From: the human T2T-CHM13v2.0 reference genome, Homo sapiens
Strand: one strand, 5' to 3'
DNA: 64,000 nt
NCBI RefSeq assembly: GCF_009914755.1
Contig: NC_060930.1
Positions 39,491 to 49,940 of this stretch are shown piece by piece. Every line of letters begins with the position of its first letter. The stretch's first letter is position 1. The notes below the pieces were generated by a model that did not search any database, was not told where the DNA came from, and worked only from the letters and a program-made list of their open reading frames with translations. The translations under genes were made by a program, and so were the position numbers.

Positions 39491-39825
39491 TGCAGCCAAG
39501 GATTTTACCCTGACTGCCCATCCTGGGTAGGATCTCTCTGGCTTTCTGTCCCAGCCCTCCTCTGTAGGACCAAGAGCTGCTTTGCAGACAGGTGGCTGAG
39601 GAAAAAGGTGTGGTCCCTGGCTGCTGGAATCAGTCAGTGTGAGGCGAGGGAGGGGTTGTGGGTAACAGCGCCTCTGCTTCCTCTCCACCTCTTTCACCCT
39701 GTTCCCACATTTCTTTTCATCTTCTTCACCTTCTGGGAACCCCTCCTACCATGTTCTTAAACCTATATCTTGGAGGTAATGGCCACTCCCGACCTTTTCT
39801 CTCTGGGATCCAGCCACATGAGTTG

Positions 39826-40257
39826 CTATGGCAGAGACAATGCTCTGTGTTCACCTCCCCATTTCCTCTGTCTGAGCACGTGGCAAGGTTATATCTCCCA
39901 GCCTCCCTTGAGGTGAAGTTAACCCATCCATGTGACCCGTTCTGGCCAATGGGCTGTGGGCAGTGGATCCCCTCTGGTCCAAGGCACTTAAAACCAGGTG
40001 TGAGTTCTCCAAGTTCTCCTTTTCCTGCTACAGTAAGCTGAAGCCCACTCATGTTGACATGACATCAGTGGACAGAAGGGATCCTCAAGGAGAGGACAGC
40101 TGCCTTGGAGAATCAGACATCCTACACTGGACTTTACATGTGCAAAAAGTAAATTTTTATTGTATTAAGATACCAAGATTCAGAGGTTAATTTTAAAAAC
40201 ACACAAACAACAACAACAACAATAAAAACACATCATAGCCTGGTATTACCAAAACAC
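39826..40257 (+). mobile_element. MLT1I/J-like MaLR solo LTR
   Basis: 'tctcccagcctcccttg...catgtgacccgttctggccaatggg...aagtaaatttttattgtattaag'. Confidence 0.7.
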
Positions 40258-40824
40258 AGTTGCTATATGCTATAATGATTTCTCCCAGAAACAGAGTGAG
40301 ACCCCTCTTATATTCTTCCACAGGCCCCTGAGTGGCCCTTGTCCAGTTTAAGGCTGCAATCTCCATGGAGGCATCCCCAAGCCTGGCACAGTAGCTGGCA
40401 CAAAAGAAAAACTGAGTAAATAGTTGTTGACTAAATGAACAAGTGAGTGAACTAATGAATAACCCAGGACCAGCTAAGAACATCTTAGAATGAGATCATG
40501 GTTTATCCTGGAGCACCAGAAGGAAAACACCCAGTCCAAGAGGGCGGAAATAGAATTCAGGGAAACCTTGACAGATTAGAAAAATGATCCATTCAGGATG
40601 GGTGAAATACAAGGCAAGGCTTGTAGAAATTCAACACAAGCCTCATCAATCCAGGGGGAGGTGAGGAGAAACCCAACGGGACCCAGGATCATAGGGGACT
40701 GGCAGTCTAATAACATCCTTAGGGAAGGACCAGCCTCTTCCATGCTGGGACAGGACCCAGGAAGGAGGAATCGGCACATGCCAGGCAGGGTGTGATCATC
40801 CCACTGCACTTGGCCTTCTCCCGG

Positions 40825-40980
40825 CATCTAATTTTAGCTGTCACATTTAAGAAGGATTTGGAAGCTCTGGAGCACAGCCAGAGCCAATAGGAGAAATGAT
40901 GAAAGGTTGAAAAAAATAGAACCTGTAGGAAAAGTCCAGGAGAGGTGGGAGTTAAATGGGTCTGGGAGAGGCAGCTGTAT
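40825..40980 (+). mobile_element. L3/CR1-like fragment
   Basis: 'cacatttaagaaggatttggaagctctggagcacagccagag...atgatgaaaggttgaaa' resembles the CR1 3' ORF2 region. Confidence 0.45.
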
Positions 40981-42746
40981 GCAAATGAGCAGCTCTTTAG
41001 TTTGAGGAGGGTGGGGAGGCCAGAACTGGGGGACATTGATTTATACAGCAGCAAGAAAGGTTTAAGTTAGACTCCAGGAAGTGAAACTTGATGAAGGCTT
41101 CTGGTGAACTAAGTACTTCCCTTGGCTGCCCCCCTGCTCAGGAGGCCCTGGTAGGCCCCTCCCTTGTCCCACAAGGGGCCAGGCATGAGGATGACTGGAA
41201 ATGTGAAGTCCTAGAGGGCTGTAAAGGCAGGAACTATCTGATACTGTCCCTGGGTCATATGACAAGCAAGGAAAGAGTGTGAGCAGGGTCTGTCTGCTCT
41301 GGTTTCTGGGCCTGATGCAGGGGCTGGAGCAGATGACTTCTGTGGGTGGGGATTCCTCACATGGCATGAGGAAACAGTGATGTTTCAGGAATTGGATACT
41401 TTTCACATTTCCTCTAGGTTATCTCCCATATGGCTATATCCCTAGGAAATGTCTCACATCAGTTAAGGCAGTTGATGCATTCTAACTATGACCCTGGGAT
41501 CAGCTTTAGGAAAGGGGTCGCCAAGGATTGACGGAGCCTAATGCATCCCAGGATGTCAGAACTAAAAGGATTGTGGCAGATTATCCAATCCAACCTCCCA
41601 ACCCTTTGCAAGTGAAGACACTGAGCTCTGGGGAGCTTTCAGAAATTAGAACATCAGTGGTGAAATCAGCAGCATACCCAGGTCCCTGGATGTCTGACCC
41701 AGTGTTCCTCCAACCAGCTCATGTTTGACTCTCAAAGTGAGAGCCACGAGGCCAGGGAAGAGGTCAGGATGAACACAGAAGGATAGAGGCCTGGAAAGGG
41801 GTGATGGGGCCAGAAATGGGGAAGGGGCAGGAAGGAAAAGAGAAAAGAAAGCTTTCCCTCTCTTGGGCTGGGTGGTGAGAGGAGCCAGGCAAGATTTTCT
41901 GTTGTTTTAGAGAGAGCTAAGGGTAGAGGGCTGGTGTGGGAGGCAGGGCTGCTGAGGGGGGCCTCTCATGGGGGGCTCCTTTGGGGTCAGCACTTTCCTA
42001 GCTGGCTGGCTTCATCCACCCACCTTCCCTAGATTTCCCCACTTCCTACATTCTCACCTGCCCCTTCCGCCAGTTAATCTCTGAAACCACAGGAAGAGTG
42101 GGGTTCTGGGGGCAGATAGAGGAGGTACTGTGAACGGGGTGTGATGTCCTAGAGATGTCACCTGGAAACAGATGTGTATACCCCAGAGGATGCCTGAGCC
42201 CCCTCCAGGTCCCTCACCAACATCTCAAAGCACAAAATGGTATCCAGTGTGCTGAAGACCTACTCACGGTAAGGGCTGGAGCAGAGAGGAGGATCAAGAG
42301 GCTTCCAAGTATGCGTTCCCTGCCGGAGAAAGCCGGTCTGGTTTCCCTCGCTGGAGGGCCTCTCGATTCTCAGGCTTCCATCAATGTCTGAGCAGGAGCC
42401 TTGCACCAATGTCCCTCTCCCAGGTCACACACCTCTAGGACCTCTGCGTCCATCCTCCTGCCTAAGCATTTCCCTGACGCACCTCCAAGTGGCGTCCTCC
42501 TCTCCACAAGGGAGCAGTCTCTGGGCTTCCTCCAACTTTTCTCATGCTTTTAAGCTAAGCCACAGCCCCTCACTGGGATCTATGGAAGAAGGACCACTCC
42601 TAGCTGTGCTGGGGAAACTGCCAATGCAGTGATCTCCCCACTCCTCTACTTGTTCCTAGAGACCCTCCTCTATCTTATCTAGCTCACCGGCCCACCTGTC
42701 CTCTCCTCCCTTTCTTCCGTAAGGATGCTGCAGCCACCCCTGCACC

Positions 42747-42765
42747 TGGCCGCAAGAGGGCACCA
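42747..42765 (+). promoter_or_regulatory. Predicted CTCF binding site
   Basis: TGGCCGCAAGAGGGCACCA is a close match to the CTCF core TGGCCACCAGGGGGCGCCA; lies in unique sequence and retains a CpG. Confidence 0.6.
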
Positions 42766-42927
42766 TGCCCTCACTGCCACCCCAGCTCTCCAGCCCACTC
42801 CTACCTCTGCCTTCCTTATAGTCCTGCCAGATCGCACTTGGCAGAAAGGAGCCAACTAGGAAATCCCAGGATAATCTAAGAGGTTTATGTCAAAAGGTTT
42901 ACAAGGGAAAACGTAGGTAAAAATAAG

Positions 42928-43260
42928 TGCCTGGCACTCTGCCAGCTGCTGGGGATTCAAAGGTGAATAAGACCCCTACCTGCCCACTTCTTAGTCTCAA
43001 AGAGGAGACAGGTAATTACTGTGCAGTAGGTGAGCCCAGGAGGGTAGAGAAATGCAGCCTGCTGATGTAACAGCCAAGAGGGGCTCCCTGCCCCCAACTT
43101 CACCAGGGGCTCAGGGAAGATTCCTAGAGGATTCCTGAAAGGTGAGTAGGAAGCAGCAGGTGAGGGAGACAAGGGCAAATCAGGAGGCAGGAACAGCAAG
43201 CCCGGGAGTGGGATCAGCATGAGCAGAGGTTGGGAGGCATGAAAGATTTAGAGTGGAACA
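42928..43260 (-). mobile_element. L2 fragment
   Basis: 'gcctggcactctgccagctgctggggattcaaaggtgaataagac...tcagggaagattcct...ggcaggaacagcaag'. Confidence 0.65.
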
Positions 43261-43724
43261 TAGGGTAAGTTGACTTTGTCATATTCCAGGCACCAGGCTC
43301 TGTTCCTCTCCTTTCCTGGTCTGAGGAATGCCCAACTGTGGGAGCTTTCAGTGCTACCCTAAGAAGCCTAGCAGAGTTCCCAGGCCCTCCTGCAGCCCTG
43401 CCCTCCTCCTTTTCTCTGGGGAGGAGCGGAGTGTCCGGGCTTGGGCGAAGGTGCTATCACTCAGTCCTCATGGTGTTCCCTGGATGGTGACCTCCTGATT
43501 CAGGTTGTTATTATTCCCATTTTGCTGATGAGAAACCAGGGGCTCAGGAAGATGGAGGAACCTGCGCAGGACTGCGTGGCAGAGCTAAGCCCCTCAGCCA
43601 GGGCTTCTGCCCCCAGCCCCTGTGGCCTGTGCTGCTTAGAAGGGAGCGTAAGGAAATCCCTCTCTCCCCATGTGGTCCAGAAGGCTGACACTAGCCATTT
43701 GAAGCAGATTTTTTTTTAATGGAG

Positions 43725-44010
43725 GCTTTCCAATTACAAAAGTAATAAATACTCATTATTTTAAAAATCAAACAATATAGAAATTCACAATATTCACAAT
43801 ATTGAAAGTAAAAGTATCTTATAATCCCACCTCTCTCTCCCCAAGGTAACTACTCTTAACAGTTTGATATGTATTTTTCTAGACTTTCCCATGGGTTTGC
43901 AAATATGATTGTACATTTTTAAAAAATGAAATTATGCTTTGCTGCAATTTGCTTTCTTCAACTTAACAGTCAGTCTTGAACTGTTCACATGCATGCATAC
44001 TGATCTATAA
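43725..44010 (-). mobile_element. L1ME4-like fragment
   Basis: AT-rich 'ataatcccac...ggtaactactcttaacagtttgatatgtatttttctagac...gctttcttcaacttaaca'. Confidence 0.6.
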
Positions 44011-44497
44011 AGTGGGGTTTCTTGTGATTCCCACTTATTGCTGAGGAAGCCAGGCTTCCTCAGGGAAGGTAAGCTTCCCCAACCACACAGCTCAGGAGGG
44101 ACAGACTTACCAGCCCAGCCTGTCAAGATCTGGGGCAGCCAGTGGGGAGCTACACCCACCCACTCACTGCTTTTTCTCCCAGCAGCCTTCTCACCGTCCT
44201 CAGCTGCTAGGAATTTTTAGGAATGGATTTCTGTGTCATTTCTAATAGATCAGGAATATCCTAGCAAGACAGATTGTCAGAGCCTGTTGGGTGGTAAATC
44301 CAGGCTCATCCCTCTTGTATGCAGATCATTCCTTTTCCCCAGGAAGGAAGCTCTGGGTAGCAGCTCCCTGGGGGTGGGAGGTGGGGGCGGAATGAAGCAG
44401 CACAGGGCCGCTGACCCACCAGCCTCCTGAAATAGCCAAATATCCGGGCTGGTGAAGGCAAGTGCCACGAAATTCAGCCAGTAGCATCCCTTCACCT

Positions 44498-44660
44498 CTT
44501 GATCCTCAATGTGTGGTCTCAGGAGTAGCAGCCCTGGCATCCCTGGGGAGCTGGTTAGAAATGCAAAATCTCAGCCCACAGGCCAGACCCACTGAATCAG
44601 AATCAGCATTTTAACAAGATCCCTGGGGGAGTCCTATGCATAGTAAAGTATGAGTAGCTG
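44498..44660 (+). mobile_element. MER5A1-like MITE
   Basis: 'gagctggttagaaatgcaaaatctcagccca...actgaatcagaatcagcattttaacaagatccc'. Confidence 0.82.
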
Positions 44661-44744
44661 GGGTTAGGCAGTATTCTGGTTCCTATAAAGCCAGCCCATG
44701 GCTTCTTTCCAGAAGTTTAGTTGATGAATTTGGTATTAGAAACT

Positions 44745-44995
44745 TAATAAGAGCTAGCAGTTACATGTAAGTTTCTATGTGCCAAGCAACATTGCAAGTG
44801 TCTTACTTATATGAACTCATTTAATCCTTACAAGGATGCTATGAGTTGAGGTATTATGATTATCCTGCTTTTACAGATGAAGAAACTGAGGTGCAGAAAA
44901 TTTGCTTAATTTGCCTGAGGTCACATGCTAACCAGAGGGTGATCTGGGGCTTAAACTCAGGTCCTCCAGGATCTTAACCACCACAGCACACTGCC
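44745..44995 (-). mobile_element. MIR, nearly full length
   Basis: 'aactcatttaatcct...ttttacagatgaagaaactgaggtgcagaa...ttgcctgaggtcaca'. Confidence 0.88.
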
Positions 44996-46169
44996 CTGCA
45001 AGTAGATGCACCCATCTGGCATGGAGCAGTTTTGACAGGCATCTCCAAGGTGGCATTTCTAAGTAGAGCTTGCCAACACATCTTGCTTTTCTCCCCCACC
45101 GTCTTCCCCCTTCCTAAAGACTGGTCACCTTGGAGAAGCTGCCAGAGCTCAACAGGAACCTCGCCACTGCTTTTGTGGTGATGCCAAGGCCAAGAAGTAA
45201 TAGCAGCTTATTATATCTGCAAAACCCTTTATCATCTATTATGTCTCTTTATTCTCCAAGAACCAAGTGAGATGAGGCAGGTGTTACTATCCCCACCGGA
45301 AGAACAGGAAAGGAGCCTAGAGACACCCGGTGACTTAATCAAGGTCATGCAGAATGGAGGCTAGTAGCCAGGCCTCCTGACTTCTGGAGCATGTTCCTTT
45401 CATCTCTCTAGGATGCCCTCTTTTCTGGAAGACTCTATAGCAGTCCTCTCCACCCTGAAGGCAGCCAGCATCTCCTCTCAGTGCTTCTGCAGCTCTGCAG
45501 GGGAAACTGGGTCCCTGATGAAGCTTCAGCCTCTCTCCCAGGCTGCCTCCTGCCTGAAGCAATTATAAATCACGGCATTTTCCTTTCATTCAGACCTGAT
45601 GTTTAATTCATCGCTATTCTGGCTGCTTTAATGCAGAGAACATTTATTCAGTGGAATAGCTTTGTTTTGCTTCCAAAGCTTTATTCTCCTGTTTAGAATA
45701 CCATTGCTATTGCAGAGGGGGCTTCCTATTAGCCAGTTCAGAGACCCTCCCCCTCCTGCTCCCCAAGAGTGGCCCAGCCCTGCCATCTATGTGGACCCAC
45801 CCCCGGGCTGAGAGTGAGCTTCACCTCCTGAGAAGGAGGAGTCCAGGCTTTTCTGTCCTTGGTCTAAGCACCTGACAATTTCAATTTGCTCACCACCTGC
45901 CTTTCTCCCAGCCACGTGCCTGGTGTGATGAGCTGCCTGGCTCCTAGATAGGGCTGCTACTGCCCAGGACACAAGAAGTTGGAAGGGCCTGGAGTGGGGT
46001 GGGGGTAGCACAGCTGTCGTACTTCCTTCTTGGAGCTCCTGCCTTGTGGCATTGACCACATCTTCAACTTCTTGCAGTCTAGATAAGTCTAGAACCTTGG
46101 ACTCCAATCCCTGAATGCTGCACCACCTCCTGACGATAAACCTCCTGGGTGATCATTTCCATTGTCCTG

Positions 46170-46676
46170 GATCTCAGACTGCTAAGTGTCTACAAAATAC
46201 CCATTCCTCCTCTATTTTGTATCAACAAAACCCTCAACTGAGCACCAGGCTTGAAACCCAGTTTACATATAAAACTACATTACCCAGCCTCTCTTGTAGC
46301 TAGGTGTGTTCATATGACTAGGTTCTAGCCACTGACAGCTAAGTGGAAGTGTTGTGTGAGACTTCTGTGAAGCCTTCCTAAACAAGAGAAGGCACAACTT
46401 TCTTAATTTATTTTCTGTTACTTATTAGCTGAAATGTAGATTTAAAGACTGGAACTCTAGCAGCCATTTTGAACCATGAGGTGGAAGCCACATACTGGGT
46501 CTAGGAGAGGCACAAGACAGAAGAAGCCAGGTCCCTGACACCAAGGATTCATCTTTCTGAGTGGTTGGCTCATCTCTGAATTTCTTTTACAATAGAAATA
46601 AGCTTCTATCTTGTTTTAGCTACTTTTGTTGTGTGTCTTTCAGATATAGGTAGCCAAATTAGTTCCTAACTGATGA
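46170..46676 (+). mobile_element. MLT1J-like MaLR solo LTR
   Basis: 'actacattacccagcctctcttgtagctaggtgtg...gcagccattttgaaccatgaggtggaagcc...cctaactgat'. Confidence 0.78.
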
Positions 46677-47304
46677 AGACACAGCCATTTACTGCTTTCT
46701 TGATCTCCATGATGGAAGCTGCTTGTTTGCCAAGCTCACTGCCTGAACCAGTTTCTGATACAAGATTTAAGAATGTAGCACCTAATAGAAATGAAGGACA
46801 GAAGAGCTGCAGAGGAGGGAAGTGCAGTCTAGGACACAGAGTGAAGAATGAGTGGACTTAATTCAACCTGCTTGCAGTACAGATGGGAAGACTGCGTTTT
46901 GGAAATAATTAGTCATTAGCCCATAGCCCCAGAGCTAATAAGTGGCAAATTCAGGATTCGATACCAGAATTTTTTTACTCCAACCACCACTCCATTACCA
47001 CTTAGAGAGAGCTTGGGACAACATGAGGGAAGACGTGCCACATCTTCCAATCTTGCCATGGTCTGGCGCTCTCTGTGAGAATTGGAGCTTGTCCCCACAG
47101 AGCTCTGTTCCTTTCTCCTTCTCTTGTGAGGTGCATGTATTTATAAAGCAACAGACTTCTTATTATCATACAAAGCAGATGCAAGGGAAGGAATCAGCTC
47201 TTTGTGGGGCAAAGCTACCTAGTAAGAGGTGAGCTTCCTCTACCCCATCTCAGGCTGCAGGAGGGTGGCTTCCATTTTTCCATACCCTGCTTCCCACCCT
47301 GTAG

Positions 47305-47502
47305 GGAGAGAGCAATGGTTAAGCTCAGGCTTTGAAACCAGGCTGCTCCGGATTGAATCCTAACCCCATCACTGATGGACTCTGTGGCCTTGCCCCCCCA
47401 TGCCTCAGTTTCCTCACCGATAAAAGAGGTGATAATTATACCCACCTTATAGGGTTGCTGCGAAGATTGAAATAATAAGGGCATGGGGTGTTAGCTATTA
47501 CT
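47305..47502 (+). mobile_element. MIR
   Basis: 'tggttaagctcaggctttgaaaccagg...tgcctcagtttcctcac...cttatagggttgctg'. Confidence 0.8.
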
Positions 47503-49382
47503 ATTTTCCAGAATTACTATCTTCTAGATCGAGATCCCCTTGCAGTAGATGGTTGACATTTTAAAGTTTTGCTTGTTTTTCATGTTATAATATGGTCATA
47601 AGTTCCTTGATAGCAGGGAGCATATTAGTCTTTGTTCCTCAATACTTAAGACTGGTACCTAGCACATAGTAGATACCCAATAAGAACGTGCTGAATAGAG
47701 CCAGACAGAGCTGAATTCTTTCCTCTTCTGAGGAGCATCTTCCATTCTCTCTCCCATCTCCCTCTCTCCCTTCTTCCCTCTCTTTGTCTGACACTCTCTC
47801 TGTCTGTCTTTCCCTCCACCACCTCTCTCTCTAATTATTATACTCCCTCTTACTCTTTCTTTCAACCATTTTCCCCACTCTCTTCGGGGCTTCACACTGA
47901 CATGTGCGCCCCTTTCCCTGGCTGCCCCATCTCCAGAGCACGCTCCTATTCTGCTCCAAATTTGCCTCCAGGCTCAGTCCTCCTGGGAGGCCTCCCATGG
48001 CTCAGCTTTGAGGACACTGAAGCATCAGGGCTGGATGGGAGCTTCACTACCTGTTCTATTCCAGTCTGCTCACTTTTCAGATGAAGATGCCAAGGTCCAA
48101 AGTACCAAGAAGGCTGCTTCACGGTCATGTGGCCAACTTGTCCCAGAGCTAGGATTAGAACCTGGGCTTTCCCACTCTTGGCCCAATGCTCTTTACATTA
48201 CGGCATTCACAGAGGCAGTGGCAGAAACATAGTAGGAGACCACTGAATGCTTGTTAGATAAATGAATGAATGAATGAATGAATGCTATTGGAAGAGGAGA
48301 GCTACTCAGACAACACTACTTGTTTTTCTGCAGCTCCTTTTGACCTGCTCTACCCCTGCCCCACCCTCCACATGCCTGGGGTCCCCAGAGGAGGTCTTTG
48401 GCACTGTTAGTCTTGCCTGTGACCCTTCCACCACCCCTGGGGAGTCAGCGGCCTTTCTCCCTCCTCTCACTCCTGTGTGCATAAAGGCCATTTTTATTGT
48501 TCTCTGTGGAAATATCTTTAGAGGACCGAGGGCATTCTCTGAGAACAAAGCCTCCTCCTGGGGAGTGTTGGCCAGGGCTCTTGTCATTGCGGCTTGCTGT
48601 CTGCTCAGAGCCTTGTGTTTTGACAAGAACAAAGTGATTCCGATTGGAACCCTGTAGCTTGTTGCTGGCTCTGCCTGTTTTCCTGCAGATGTGTAGCCCC
48701 ATTCTGGCCTCCTCTCCTCTCAAGGAAAGGGGAGTTGTCTTCAACTGATGGCCCCTCCCCAAAGCCTAGCCCCCTCCTTCTCCATGCCTTTCTCCTGTAT
48801 CCCACCTGGCACCTCCCAAACACTATCTGCCGCTGCAGTTCCTTGTTGAACTGTTCTGGTTTTAATTCCATTCCCTGCAATTGGAGCCTGAATAATGAGT
48901 TATTTCACAGGAAGATTGATCTGGGTATTAGGGCATCATTTAGTTTGCCATTACAACAGCCAATTTTGGTTACATGCTCAGCTGTGAAGGGGAAATGGGC
49001 CAGCCTGCTGGAGCTTTCTAAAGCATGGAGCTGGTGAGTAGGGGGATGGGGTACTGGGCTGAGGGGCAGAGGTGGCAGATGGGCAGGAGGAGGGGTTCTG
49101 GCTTGCTTCAGCAAAAATGTCTTTATGCTCACAACATGACACTGTGAAAGAAATTGTAAGGATTGAAAATGGACATTACCCTTCCTCAAAGGGACAAGAA
49201 GAGCAGAGTTTTCAGGCTGTAGATGCCAGGAGTGGAAAGGTCTCTCTTAAATAACTGAGTGAGTGAGCCCCAAATTAAAGAGCATTCCAGACTCACCAAT
49301 ATTTCAGGATGACAAAATAGTGGTGCATCCTTACTCGCCACTCCCATACCAGACCCAGCTGCAGAAATTTCAGTGGCTCCCC

Positions 49383-49590
49383 CATTTATTTCCCTCATAG
49401 CACTTCTCACAACCCAACACTTCCCTTTCCATTTACTTTAAGTGAAATCTCGCCTATCTCTTCCTCAACTAGATTGAAAACTACATGAGGGCAAGAACCA
49501 TGTCTATGCTGCTCATCTGTTTCCCCAGGGCCTGAGACAGTGCCTGGCACTTCATGACACTCAATAGACATTCGTTGAATGAAGTGAATG
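49383..49590 (+). mobile_element. L2 3' end
   Basis: 'catagcactt...catgagggcaagaaccatgtc...acagtgcctggcac...gttgaatgaagtgaatg'. Confidence 0.82.
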
Positions 49591-49641
49591 AGCATCAGAG
49601 GGCACTGGTTTCATGGATCTGGGTGTGGGGGACAAGGCATA

Positions 49642-49785
49642 CCATGCGCAGTGGTCTCTGACTCCCCTGCACACGCACGGTGGTCTCTGACTCCCCTCAT
49701 GCTCACAGTGGTCTCTGACTCCTCCGCATGTGCACAGTGGTCTCTGACTCCCCCGCACGTGCACGGTGGTCTCTGACTCCGCTGC
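49642..49785. repeat. 29-bp minisatellite (gtggtctctgactcccctgcacgtgcaca), ~4.7 copies
   Basis: 'gtggtctctgactcc' at 49651, 49680, 49708, 49737 and 49766. Confidence 0.95.
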
Positions 49786-49940
49786 GCCCCTTTTGAGCAT
49801 CTTGGGAAAGCAGTAGACCCTCTCCCCGGGAGGAAGTGTACACACATCTGCAATGCGGTATTTTGCAAATAAATTCTAATAGTTAACAGAAACTTCTGCA
49901 GAAGCTGAAGTTTTCTTTAGAAGATCGGTTAAGAACTCCT
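49764..49940. mobile_element. Charlie4z-like hAT MITE
   Basis: 'cccttttgagcatc...gaaagcagtagaccctctccccgga...ttttgcaaataaattc...ggttaagaactcct'. Confidence 0.55.
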
